Shown: in pieces, positions 14,020 through 26,390 of the stretch
Layout: every line of letters starts with the position of its first letter
Position numbering within the stretch: position 1 is the stretch's first letter
DNA from: Octopus bimaculoides
Taxonomy: Eukaryota
Direction of reading: 5' to 3'
Assembly (NCBI RefSeq): GCF_001194135.2
Contig: NC_068982.1
Coordinates: 178,847,692 to 178,911,691, forward strand
DNA: 64,000 bases
Translations under genes and position numbers: made by a program
The notes under the pieces: generated by a model
What the model was told of the DNA's origin: nothing
What the model saw: the letters and a program-made list of their open reading frames with translations, nothing else
Databases searched by the model: none

Positions 14020-14440
14020 CACATGTACAGTGAAGTGATAGTGTAATTGATGTACCCTTTGAATTAAAGGTACAATCAATAAAGCTGTTTTCCACACTAT
14101 TTTTGCTGACTTAGTTTAACTCACATAGCTTTGGTCAACTCTACGCTATAGCATAAGAATCCTGTGTAAGTTGCCACCCATGTCATGCGAAACGAGCCCA
14201 GGACCATTTGATTGCGAAGAGAGCTTCTTATTCATTCAGTCATATTGGGTGAATGTGTTGACCCTCTACACAGGTCAACAATGAGTTGTGGCACCCACAT
14301 ATGAGAAGGTGCTGCTGCTATACACAAGCTTTCATCTCAGGCCCACAATGAAATACTGCGTCTGCAACACATCATAGTTTGCATCTTGTGAATTGACAAT
14401 TATTTACGCACAACAAAATGTTGACTTTGGCCGACACATG
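14020..14440 (+). mobile_element. Possible Tc1/mariner (maT-like) relic
   Basis: Begins tacagtg, and contains the frame HPCHAKRAQDHL resembling the APxHxAKxTQ motif after the second catalytic D. Very degenerate. Confidence 0.3.
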
Positions 14441-15391
14441 ATCTTCAACTTCTAACTATTTTATCCAGAGATACTCTAATGGCCTTTAGTCCCTTGATCT
14501 AGTAAGGTATGACTTCCAGCCGTGTCCACCCAATTGAATTGTCTATCCACTCCAAACCCATTACGAACCAATTTGTCTTACTTACTGACGAGAATGTCAA
14601 CTGTCGGAAATTTTCGAATTTATTACCTATGGACGCTAATATATCTACACATGTTGAATTTGAACACGAACCAAATCGGTATAGAAAAATCTCTAAGGTC
14701 TATTGGCATAAAACATTTCCCAATATGGTTGTGGAATTTGTTATATAAAGTGATGCAATAAGTAATATTGAAAGGAGGAAAAGATCGCTCCTAGTTTGAA
14801 TAATGTACGGAGAGTCTTCCCATGAAATATCTAAATTATACGATAATATACAATTTCTATAAATGTAATAATTCACCTCCAAATGTTTTCTATTCTTCAT
14901 CGAAAAACATGCACAAAATTTGCAACATGTACTTCTCAAGTAAATAACGTACAAATAGATTTTTATGAGATTTTCTCATGCTACTATGAAAATAGTGTTT
15001 CGAAATTCCCAACATTCGACAAACTCTTTAACAAGTTTCTGAAAGACTTGCATTTATTTTAGCATACTTTATTTTATTATCATCGAACAAGATAATAATT
15101 ATCGGAAATAATTGGTATGTTGATGTGAGAATTATCGACTTCTGACAGCAAGAGTAAATATTGCCTGCAGCAGCTTTAAGTGCATTTCATAGCATTGACT
15201 ATTTTAGATAATCAACGGACATGTTTAGTATTCAAAGTGAATGAAATCTTCGCTTCTGCTCATTAAATGACATAAGCACGTGCTTTGAATATACATACAT
15301 ACAAACATACATAAATGCATACATACACATATATATATATATACACATGCATACATACATACACACACACTTACGCACACGCTTATATACA

Positions 15392-15433
<42 letters not shown>

Positions 15434-16449
15434 TGCGTGTATATGTATATATGCATATCTGTGTGTATATGTGTGTGTGTAACGTTATATACAACACGCG
15501 CATATGCAAATTTCCATTTGATAAATTTCCATATTTGTTATTTTACTTTCTTTTTAAATATACAAATCTGAATATCGAGCTTATATAAATATTTTATAGG
15601 AAAACACATTATATGTTCTATTAGTTAGAAGTATGTTATTGCATTAACTTAAATCATAACATTTTTCTGGAGAAAATAAACAAATATAAAGTAAAGAGGT
15701 GATAATCACCGATTGTAAAGAGGCACAATAATTTCAGTCATAAGGAGTCAGCTTGAAATAAAGTAGCCATAATAACTGAAGTGAATTTATGAGCAATCAT
15801 TACTGATTTTATTCTATCCCGGGCCCCACGAAGAATATTTAAAGCAAGAATGTGAACATCATTCAGTGTGAAGTGATTCACAGCACAGCTACATTTAATG
15901 TGGAAACTCAGTAATTTACCATTCTAACATCTTTATGAAATGATGTATCACTAGGGCAATAGATCTTTCATGAATATCTTCGAAAGGCAGCAGACTATTT
16001 CATGTTGTTAGTTAATTATCCGTACTTAATGTTTTACCAATACAGTATATGCATTTCGATATTATTCTTCCAGTGCCGATCATCGTAGTATATGTGAAAT
16101 TGTGACTATTTACATATCTAACAAATATAAACTTCAGCACACATAATAATCACTCGTATGTATTGATGGATAAATGCACAAATAAACGATTTTCTTCCAT
16201 TTTCCCACGCTGTCACACTTCTAATAGGAACTTTTTAATGGTTTTCAATGTTGGGTGTTTCATAATCTTAAATAACTGGCTCTCACTAAGTTTCCTACTA
16301 GATATTTTTTCTATATCTTTTAATTTAAAATCGTATGCTTTGGTTATACAAATATTCCCTATATAATGTTCAGCGCACTATGTTGCGTTATTACAGTGAC
16401 AACTCACGAATAAAATGCATTGGTAATGCATATTTAGATATGAATTATA

Positions 16450-16880
16450 AAATACACAAAATTCTTCACTTTAACGGTCAAAAGGCTTAACTGCTTGATC
16501 TCTACATTCAATGTCCATGGCTTCGTCGTAATAGTTTCTCGGAATATATTTAGTAATTGTCTTACTTAATTTAATGTTGTAGTCGTCTAGCTTCCAGTCA
16601 GACGTTGCTGACAGTTACTCCATGAGTACTCTGTTCTTTTCCAAAGTATTGTCCATCTGGAGGTACAGTATCGAACGTGTCTCTCTCTTATGACAGATGA
16701 AATTAAAGAAATCTTTAACTCTGAGGAGGATGCATGGTCAGTATTTGACAATATTCTGTACTTTGTTTACGACATCATTTCTGATGATAAATATTTCAAA
16801 CACCCAACCTCTATTTGGCACCATCTTTGATACCTGAATTCTTGTGATAAATCCAAGCATAAAAGGATTTTCATTTTCTT
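16450..16880 (-). mobile_element. Possible RTE-clade LINE RT fragment
   Basis: Minus frame DWKLDDYNIKLSKTITKYIPRNYYDEAMDIECRDQAVKPFDR resembles RTE RT domain 6-7 (W..L...GL.IS..KT.YM...I.I.G). Heavily mutated. Confidence 0.4.
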
Positions 16881-17399
16881 CTGTAATTCACCGAATACAT
16901 TATAATACGATAACATATGCACATATCAAATGTTTTGACGTGTTAAGTATATGTTTGGGCGTTTTTTTAAAGAAAAACACAATTGACATGTTTCAATTGA
17001 ATTGTTAGCTGCCGAAAAATATTTTGAAAATTAAAATGTCGTATGGTTATCCTTTCAATATATTTTGAACTGCTTGCTAACGTAATAAATTATAACTGGA
17101 AGAAATTGTGTTGCTATCTGAGTGTATGTCCATCCCATTTTATTTCTGATGTGTAAAAATATGATTGCTTTGTAGATATATGTTCCACTTGGCACCAGCT
17201 ATTAAATGAGCCGAGTCTGAGTAGCGTAAATGATGTAGTGAGCAAAGCCTCTTTGGCGTTAAAAATGTGAATATTAATAATAAATGCTATATAGGCTGAA
17301 CGTTATAAAATATTCATAAAAACGCTTGTATCAGTAGTTATAGCACCCAGTTAGCGCACGTTTTAGAGTAGGTCTTATATAATGATGCAACACTAATGA

Positions 17400-17920
17400 T
17401 CAGAACAGAAACTTCGTGTACGTACATACTTGCTGATGCTAGGGACCTTTCGACTTGCTAAAGTTTGAAAGAATATAATCAAAGCCATAGCTGGCCTAGC
17501 TTCATCCTGGCTCCCCTATCCAGTTAATGTATTATTATTAAGAAAATATAGTATCATAGTGGTATATTCCAATGAGATAGTCTTTCTGATGCTACTATAT
17601 TTTCAGTAAATCACTTGTCATTTATGTTGAAGAATTCTGAAGTGTAACTCAATGGTTCACACGGAAACAAAAGTACCAAAATTGTATACTACTTCTGTGT
17701 AAATGACTTGAAGCTGTATGCGAGGAATATGCAGGGAGTAATGAAGACCTTTGACCTGGTTACAACATTTTTAAACAATATAAGATTTTGAGTTTGGGTA
17801 GGATATAGGGGAAAATGTAAACCAGACTAACAGCGTCTGTATCAATAACATGATTGCTTCTCTGCATTCCAGTCGCATTGAGACCCCCTTAGGTGAGGCA
17901 GTTACAACTGTCCTAGATAA
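17400..17920 (+). mobile_element. R4/Dong-type (RLE-encoding) LINE, RT part
   Basis: SGIFQ*DSLS (RGIFQGDSLSP equivalent, about 17560) and FCVNDLKLYARNMQGVMKTFDLVTTFLNNIRF(fs)EFG (HLLFMDDLKLYA...FGLDKC equivalent, about 17693-17800). Confidence 0.75.
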
Positions 17921-17929
17921 TTGTGAGTT

Positions 17930-18685
17930 TCGTATATCATAATTATGTATGTAATAATCTGATCTGTCAGCTTTTGTTATTCCAGATTGAAAGGGGCACT
18001 TCGAAAATACCTTGCTACACACTGCTTGTTACAGCTGACTAAATTGCAGAGAGCAATCAGGGCATGAAGACAATTTGTAAGCTCGCTATGCAATAAAGTC
18101 TTGTATCAAATTGGGCAAAAACGCTACAAAAACAGGAAATGCTCCAGATTGTTTACGGATAAATTTATAGGAGCCAAACAATTGATTTTCGTTGGCACAA
18201 GAGACTAGGCAAATGAAGTTCACCGGGAAGAATATGATGTTCTTCTATTTCGAAAGGAGTATCATCTACACCCACTGGGTTTCCTTTGACTAAGCGATCA
18301 ACGAAGAGTATTTCGTGGATGTTTTGTGGAGTTGTAAAAGATATTTCGTCGCAAAAAGCCAGAGCACCCGCACTAGGACAATGCACGAATCTACAGTTCC
18401 ATCTTGGCAACCAACCAAAGCTGTTCCTCATTCTCCCTACCGCGTCCACGCTGATTGTGAACTTCAGGGAAAGTCGTTTTGAAGACATTGAGAAAATTGA
18501 AGGAGGCTGCGACACGAGTCCTGGACACATTCATTTTGGAGGACTTCCATAGCGCGTTCACGAAATAGCTGTATTACTACAAGTGCACTGAATTCGGGTG
18601 ATCCTCCTTTGAAGTATAATAGAGTTTTGTACTTCTTTGAAATTAATAATCACCTCTCCCGAAATTAATAATCACCTCTCAATAC
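17930..18685 (+). mobile_element. Internally deleted mariner inserted in the R4/Dong-type LINE
   Basis: RYAIKSCIKLGKNATKT..MLQIVYG (mariner N-terminus) joins KFTGKNMM.F...IIYTHWV..AINEEYFVDVL and VPHSPY, then GSRFEDIEK..EAATRVLDTFILEDFHSAFTK. A TIR-like gaaattaataatcacctctc occurs twice near 18641-18680. The left boundary is approximate. Confidence 0.8.
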
Positions 18686-18699
18686 TCATAGAATGCACC

Positions 18700-19570
18700 T
18701 TGTGCCTAAGATAGACGAACACCTGTCTTACGACGGTACATGTAGCACGTTACAAAGGAATATACTAGCCAGATAAAAACAAATGTGAACCGCAGATCTC
18801 TCTTCATACAATAAAACAGTGCTCCAAAATGTGGTTGCAGTACAAGTGCTCATACTAACATCTGGACTACTGGAATGGATGTTTGATGATATCCATGCTA
18901 TTGATGTAAGAATCACAAAGATGCCAACACAAATAATTTTCACGGTGACGTCGACCGCCTCCGTCTACAGCAAAAACTAAGATACAGGGAATTAATATAA
19001 ATTAAGACAATTTTGAAATGTCACAGCATATCCCATCGGCAAGATCTTTTAACTGACAAGTGTGAAAACGAATCCATTGATCATGTCGTCATACACGAAG
19101 CAGATAACATCCTGAAACTTGGAAAACTGATCCCCAAGAAATATTCCTTGCCCAAATAATTTTTGCATGACTCTACCGCAACGTATCAAATAATAGGATA
19201 AATGCATATCAGCAGAAGATCATGCATGGATTTGTTTGCAGTAAGCTCCAGGATAACAGCAGCATTAATAATCAAAGCAGTGTATCTTTGACCAACAACC
19301 GGATCATTAACTCTCACTTTGAAGGGTATGAGTTTGCAATGAACAGGAAATAGCAACCAATTTCCTGTTTCACAAAATGGAGAAAACAGGAATAACACCG
19401 AAATGTGCAAACCATGTAGAGTTAAAACCGAAGATACCAGCCACATCATAATCAGTTGTAGTCGCGTTATCATCAAACGATGAGACATGATGTAGCACAA
19501 CCATTGTACATTAAGATCCGCCAGAAGAATATTCTTGAAAGCAAATATATAACAAACCAAATATATAAGA
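18700..19570 (+). mobile_element. R4/Dong-type LINE, post-RT and zinc-knuckle part
   Basis: VAVQVLILTSGLLEWMFDDIHAIDVRITK, then GDVDRL, then CKPCRVKTEDTSHIIISCS...RHDVAQ (CCHC knuckle plus RHD motif of RLE-type elements). Confidence 0.75.
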
Positions 19571-20501
19571 AGGGAAAAAAATATAAAGACAATTATTCTA
19601 TAATGACCAGTTTAATTTTGGCTTCTACGGTCAGAGGGAAAGTAATTCATATTTAATTTTTTTACTTTTTCTGCTTTTATTCACCCTTCTACCCTCTGCA
19701 TCACCCTTCTAACCTCTGCATCACCCTTCTCGGTTTTTTTTCTCGTGGTTTCTCATGTGCCAGCGTCCTAAATCTCATGATGATTACTTAGAGACACAAG
19801 GCACATTATAAAACCTTCCTAGACACGAGTTTCCACAACAATAAACCATTACTAGCTCTGTTTTTATACCGTGTACATTAAATGATATTTATCTCTCATG
19901 ACAAAAATTAAGCAATTGTCTTATGTACATGACTTCACAGATCGTGTGTGTGAGAAGTCGTGCGTGAGTGGGGACTTTTGTTTCATAAATACTTTTTAGT
20001 TTTGTCTGCGAAGATATATACTTAAGGCGATTGCATAATTGTTACCATGCGTACACTTAAAGATTTGAAGAAGGGCTTATAACGATGTTGACATCTTACC
20101 TTCTTAACGATCTTCATTAAGTCAGCTTCGAGCCTCGTCTTTTATCCGGGAGAGGGCACTTTTGGTATTTGAAGTCGAACTTGTTTGCAGGTGTAGTTGT
20201 GAATTCTAGAAGTTTTCCCAGCGCAAACGCTTCATGACGCTTTCAGGTTTCTACGTGAGCCGCATGAAATAGAATTTCCTTTGTGATATTTAGATATTCT
20301 TCAAAGAATATGACAGTGGTTGTCTCTCTTTCGGAAAGTGTTAACCAGACGTTTGTGGATGGGGCTCAAGAGGGGCTACACAGACCACACAACCTATGCA
20401 TTCTCTATATTCGCATCCATAAACGTAGTGTGCCTACATAAACACACACACAATCACACACGTATGTAGGCACAAACTTCCCACCTCCCTTGCCCCAAAT
20501 C

Positions 20502-20545
20502 ATGTATACTAGTGTGGTGGCACTAGCCACCACACTAGCATACAT
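20502..20545. other. Near-perfect 20-bp hairpin with a 4-nt loop
   Basis: atgtatactagtgtggtggc-acta-gccaccacactagcatacat pairs at 19 of 20 positions. Confidence 0.9.
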
Positions 20546-21184
20546 CTGTCACATCCACAGATATAAATACCTAAAGCACACACCTATGTAAGTACATGCG
20601 TGTGTGTCATTGTTCAGTTTTATTTCAAGATTTTTTGTCAATAGAGCAAGAACCGGTTTCTAACGTAGATCCAAGTTTCCTTCATTGAAATTTCAACATC
20701 AACAAGGTATTCTTGGATTTCCAGTGTCTTTCCATTCGATAATCTGAATTTGAAGGAGCTAGGTTTCTGTACGAAGCCTACGACGTCAGCGGCATAGAAC
20801 CGTATCAAGCTGTTTCCAATAATAATGCATGTAACTCATTCTAGATGTGTTGACTGACTCGATTGCCCACTTTCGAACCATTCTCACAGTAACATGATAT
20901 GCAGTTGCTGTCCGTATGTCAGAAAAGTGCAGAATCTAAAAGAGAAATTTATTGGTTATACACTTATATCGGCAACCATTTTATTTCTGCGTGTGGTATG
21001 TAATCTTTAAAAAGTTTATCGACGGTTTTGTACGATCAATTGCTCACTGTGTCTGAAGAGTCGTCAATATTGCCAAGCGCAATAGTTGGCGCAAAAGCGT
21101 CGATAAGAATTCGGCCGATTATATGCTATAATCAGGAATATACTGCTCAACTACATACATACATACATACATACATACATACAT

Positions 21185-21237
<53 letters not shown>

Positions 21238-22099
21238 NNNNNNNNNNNNNNNNNNNNNNNNNNNNNNNNNNNNNNNNNNNNNNNNNATTCAGTTTATTTG
21301 AAGAGTTCTTGCCAAAAGAGGAAGAAACGGTTTCTAACCCTGATTCAAGTTTCTTTCATTGGAATTTCAACATCAGCAACAGGTTATTTTTGTGTGTATG
21401 TATGTATGTATGTGCAGATTTGTATGTTTTTATGTATGCATTCTCATGGATATAGTTACACATCTAGACATGCTCATATATATTTAAATGATAAGCTTCT
21501 GGAAAGTTTTACATATTTTTACAATTCCAGTGATGTATTGGACATGTAATCTTCGAATTAGCTTTCGCCTTTCTGGTTTTGAGAAGCCTCATTTCTCAAG
21601 ATTGGTATTTAGGCAGTGTGTTGCATATCCAGAGCCCAATAATTACAGGTATAAACCTGAACTTGTAATCTGGATAGAGTAACGGCAGATTTCTCAAAAG
21701 TTCAGCATAGGTGTTCTCTTTTTCACTAATAGGAACGCTGGAGGAAATGAACGACTACCCAGCATTTATTAGCTGGTGAAATTAATGAGATTTTGTAAAA
21801 CAGGGCGCAAGCAAATTACTATGTTGCATAGTTCGTGACAAAATGAAATATGTAATCATGCAGACGATAAAAGTTTAACCCTGAAACATTCGGCTTAATA
21901 AGAGAAAACAGCTCTTCATGCAATTTATTTCGTTGTTAGTGTAATGCGTTTTTCACGCAGCTATTACTGTCAAATGGCGCTGAAATACATAATTAATATC
22001 AAAGTACCTTTTTTAATACTTTCAAATTTTAGAAACAGAGAAAGATCTCTTTCTGAGTAAACAGTACAAGGTATAAGAGAAATTGACGAAGATTCAGAC

Positions 22100-22410
22100 A
22101 TCGTTGTGAAGTTAAGAAATACGCTTTGTAACCATATGATTTTGGGTTCAATCGCAAGAACTTGGGATTGAAACTTGCAGTGTAGCCCTGAACTAATAAA
22201 TGATTTGTGAGTGAATTCGGTAGACGGAAACTTTGTGGAATCCTGTCGTGTATACCCCCCCACACACATGTGCGTGTGTGTTTGTGTTTGTCTCACCAAT
22301 CCCTTGACAACGGGTGTTGGTTTGTTTATGTCATCGTAATTTAGCAGTTCTGCAAAAATAGGCCGATAAGTGCCGGACTTAAAATATATGTTCTGAAGTG
22401 GTATTAGAGA
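22100..22410 (+). mobile_element. SINE family B (diverged)
   Basis: gtgagtgaattcggtagacggaaact...(short GT tract)...cccttgacaacgggtgttggtttgtttatgtcatcgtaatttagcagttctgc. Confidence 0.75.
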
Positions 22411-23084
22411 ATGACGAAAATCGACAACGATTTCAGTATTATCAGTGAAGCAAATCGTGGGCGCCATTAAACTAATATAAGAAAAAAAACTCAAAAAACA
22501 ATATCTCAACAGAGAGTGATTAATTAAATTTCTTCTTTATGGGAGCTTCCATAGTCCTACAGAAATGTATTGTTGCAGATCTTTCGGCTTTAAGGAATCT
22601 TGTATCTTAGATATCTAAATCTATGATGGAACCTATGAGTAGTCGTTCGATTTGTAACAAATAGGAATCAAATGTTTCAGATCATATCTTAAAACCAGGA
22701 CGGACACACACTGGATAATGTAGTCCAAGACACATCTAAGGTACGATATAATCTGAGCTTTAATGTTTTGGGCTTTAAGTAATAGCCAATCCAGTGTTAA
22801 GCAACAAAGGAACGAGAAACGTCAGGAAGACGCATACGATCAAGAATGAGGGAAGTAAATATTATTCGTTCCTTCTTCCCTCTATATTTTCGTCTCCAAA
22901 TATAGGTTCTCAGTGTTCTTTTACGCTTTTAAGAATATTTGCAAAGGATCGGAAATTTTCACTTTAATAATAACATCTCTAGCAAGCTTACGGGCTTCTT
23001 TATGTAACATTTCAACAAACTGACTTTACATGAATCCTACTTGAAGAAGGCCCGAGTGCGTTGTGTAGTGAAACCTCAAGCTTC

Positions 23085-23195
23085 TGTTGGAACTAGAAAT
23101 GAAGAGTTTTGTTCAAGAACGCAATCCACTACACGGTTCGAAAATGGAGCATACGACCTAACAATCGTGAATCCAACACTCTAAACAATAGGCTG
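23085..23195 (-). mobile_element. SINE head C fragment
   Basis: Reverse complement gtttagagtgttggattcacgattgttaggtcgt...gcgttcttgaacaaaactcttcattt matches the heads at 29270 and 33890. Confidence 0.55.
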
Positions 23196-23224
23196 TTTTA
23201 GTTTGTGCACAGAAGGCGCAATTG

Positions 23225-23570
23225 CCCAGGGGTCAGGGCAGAGGATTCGCTGTCATCGATTCCCAGACCGGGTGTTATGAGTGTTTATTGAGCTGAAACA
23301 CCTAAAGCTCCACAAGGCTCCGACAGGGAGAGGTGGCGAACTCTGTTGTATTCTTTGACCACTCTTTCTTCCTGTTGCTGTTGTACCTGTATTTCAAAGG
23401 GCCAGCTTTGTCACATTCTGTGTCACGCTGAATCTCCGCGAGAACTACGTTGAGGGTCACGTTTCTGTGGAGTGCTCAGTTACTTGCACGTTAACTTCAT
23501 GAGCAGGCTGTTCCGTTGATGGGATCAACTGGAACCCTCGTCGTCGTAACCGACGGAGTGCCCCGATAGT
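23225..23570 (+). mobile_element. SINE: head D plus tail X
   Basis: Head ...cgattcccagaccggg...gctccacaaggctccg; tail tgtacctgtatttcaaagggccagc...cgtcgtcgtaaccgacggagtgcc, shared with 29407-29590. Confidence 0.8.
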
Positions 23571-24909
23571 TTGTGCACGTTAATTTTCTAAAATATAACA
23601 GTTATCCTAGTTTATTATTAAATAAACTTTCGTAAATTCATGCACATTACAGTTTAAGAAAAGTGTTAATATTTTTAGTTTAAACTTACTCATACGAATA
23701 CTTAGGAACTAAATACTTTTTACAAACCGGTACATTAAATTTAAAGTTTATTTCTGCCAAATTATAAACTACACATTTTATGTAATGCTCAGAATTACTT
23801 GAGCGTAAATATCATTGGATTTATTTTAGCTTTCAATGCGAATGAATTTTTATGGAAATTAAATGTAAATAAATGAATAAATGACACATTTAAAAATAAA
23901 CTCGGAATTATGTAAAGTATATTTTGCTACACAGATATTAAATGATAAAGCAGCAGCTATTAAAATCACCTACACTTCCTTTCGTAATCTACTGAAATAT
24001 AAATTTCTAAAAGGAACAGTAACTGTGTCGGAGAATTGGATATGTGCGAAATATGCAGCATTTATCACAAAAATTGTAACATGAATTTCAAATTTAATAT
24101 ACATGTAATTCTTTCAAGTCTTGTTTCCTTGTTGAGATTGGAGCAAAGTGAAATTAATCTATCTGAATAATTAGTTTTATAGTAGTTTTATCTAGAAAGA
24201 AGGGTTATGCTCATAGCCTTTGCAGACTGGAAAGATTGAGAGTGCTAATGTTTGTCATGCAAGAAAACAAGAGCATAGAAGGAAAGGATTACTAGGCATA
24301 ATGGTTACACCGTGTGGAGATAGACACAGTATTTTCAACAAGAGAAGAGGTGAGTAAGCTAGGAAGGTTTGACTAATAGTGGCAAAATACCGGTGAAATC
24401 CGATGGCTTTAAGGCCACTGTACTTGCAACAGAAAGACCAGAGAGAAGAAACAACGTATCTGTAGCCAAAGCTGGCGTAGCTTAGTGAGCTGTTTCATAG
24501 CAATTGGTCGAATGGCCGTTTAATAAATGCGGTCTAGAAAGCGTGTGTGTGCGTAAGAGCAACAATGCCGTTCCCGTTGTGAGAACACTTGCCAATTCTA
24601 GGTACAAAAATTCTAAGTGGGTTTGATTAATGTCAAGACTACGTAGAATTTTATTAATATCAAACCCAAAACTCCAGAGTTGGGCAAGTTACAATTGACT
24701 GAAAGCAGTCACTCGAAGTTATAGCTGGTCGAATCAACAACTAATTGGATCGTAATATTATTTTGAATACGTGGAATAGATTAAAGAATGAAAAACTCAT
24801 GTTGTTACACTTTTAACATTTTTTCATGAAGACTTCATAATATATTTGTGCATGAATATGTGTTATGTGTTGAGGCTTAAACAGGAAGACGAACACAGGA
24901 TATCACAAG

Positions 24910-24912
<3 letters not shown>

Positions 24913-24991
<79 letters not shown>
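24913..24991. repeat. (CA)n microsatellite
   Basis: Uninterrupted CA run. Confidence 0.97.
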
Positions 24992-24995
<4 letters not shown>

Positions 24996-26305
24996 GGGAA
25001 TGTTTTTTTATATGTTAATGGACAACACATGGCAATAAACAAAAGAAACTGGTCCTGTGCCAAAATTTGAAATCAATATAACATTAAAATGTAAAATATT
25101 TTATTTAGATAATTATTATAATTCGATTAATTGTTGATTCTAGCAAGTGTTTTTCGATTAACTTTTGTTTAACATTTTTTGATGAATTGTATTTCAATCA
25201 ATTACTTTTGATCGACTCGCTGTTAGGTTTTTTTAAATGCTTAATATTTTTGTGAGCCAATATATATTGTGACGCTAGAGACAAAGATCAGTTTTCTTTA
25301 TGTGGAATTTGTGCGTTCGTGAAGAGGCAACGCCAGTGATGATGAGGCCAGGAATTTCAAGCGATCTTAACAGCTGCATGTATTATGCTACTTTTAAATC
25401 ATAACATCATAAAGCTACAACTGGATAACCATGTGAGAAACCTGCAGAATATATACAATATTTTTTTATAACAACCTTTACCTCATCTCTAGGTCAAACT
25501 ATAATATCCTTTATCATTCAAAGATGTTACATTCTGTTAAAATATCATTACCTGCATTGGTAGTTTAGGAAATTTTCTTTTCACTGAAGGCACTTTAAAT
25601 ACGGTGAAAGCATTCACTATAGGATGCAAATACAAAGGAACGGTATGCTAGGCCTGCTTTGTTTATTAAATGGGTATTTATGGAACCGAACGACTAGAAA
25701 CCAATGGACTGTGAAATTAAATGCGTCAAGCCTTATGTAGCTATTTTAACATGGTAAATATTATTGAATATACACATCGTACAATACATTACGCGTTTAT
25801 AGTGGAACTGTTTGGCTCAATGATATAGGAAATATAAAAGTTAGGTGGTTAGTAAACAGAAGAGAATTTTACAAATATTATTTAGTATATAGACTTTAAT
25901 TGTAGAAAGTTGTAATGCATTACATTATATCTGGTTATACTTAGAGACACATATTACGGTACTTTATAATGCTTTAATACAGAAAATGATGGAGTTTATT
26001 TCTTGATAACTAAAACTAACAACATAAACGTAATGCACTTGTATGAAACCGACTATCTTGGAAATTACTTACATGTTTTATCATTAAATCCTTTACTTGT
26101 TTCAGTCACTGGATTGCGACCATGTTGGGTCACCACCTGGAAAGGCTTCGTCAAACAGCTCGATCCTAGTACATATTTTAAACGTTTGGTACTTATTCTG
26201 TCGGTCTCTTTGGCCAAACCGCTATTTCACTAGGATGCAAACAAGCCAAACCACTTGTCAAGTGGTGATGGGAGATAATCACAGACAAGAGGAAGCACAT
26301 ACGTA

Positions 26306-26345
<40 letters not shown>

Positions 26346-26355
26346 NNNNNNNNNN

Positions 26356-26390
<35 letters not shown>

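Noticed and set aside
19681-19730. 20-bp tandem repeat tcacccttct a.cctctgca, about 2.5 copies
   Set aside because: Ordinary local slippage duplication with no further structure.
21065-21112. CTGAAGAG...stem...GCAAAAGCGTC hammerhead-like motif
   Set aside because: The GAAA box is not correctly placed and there is no stem I pairing; noted only as context for the direct repeats.
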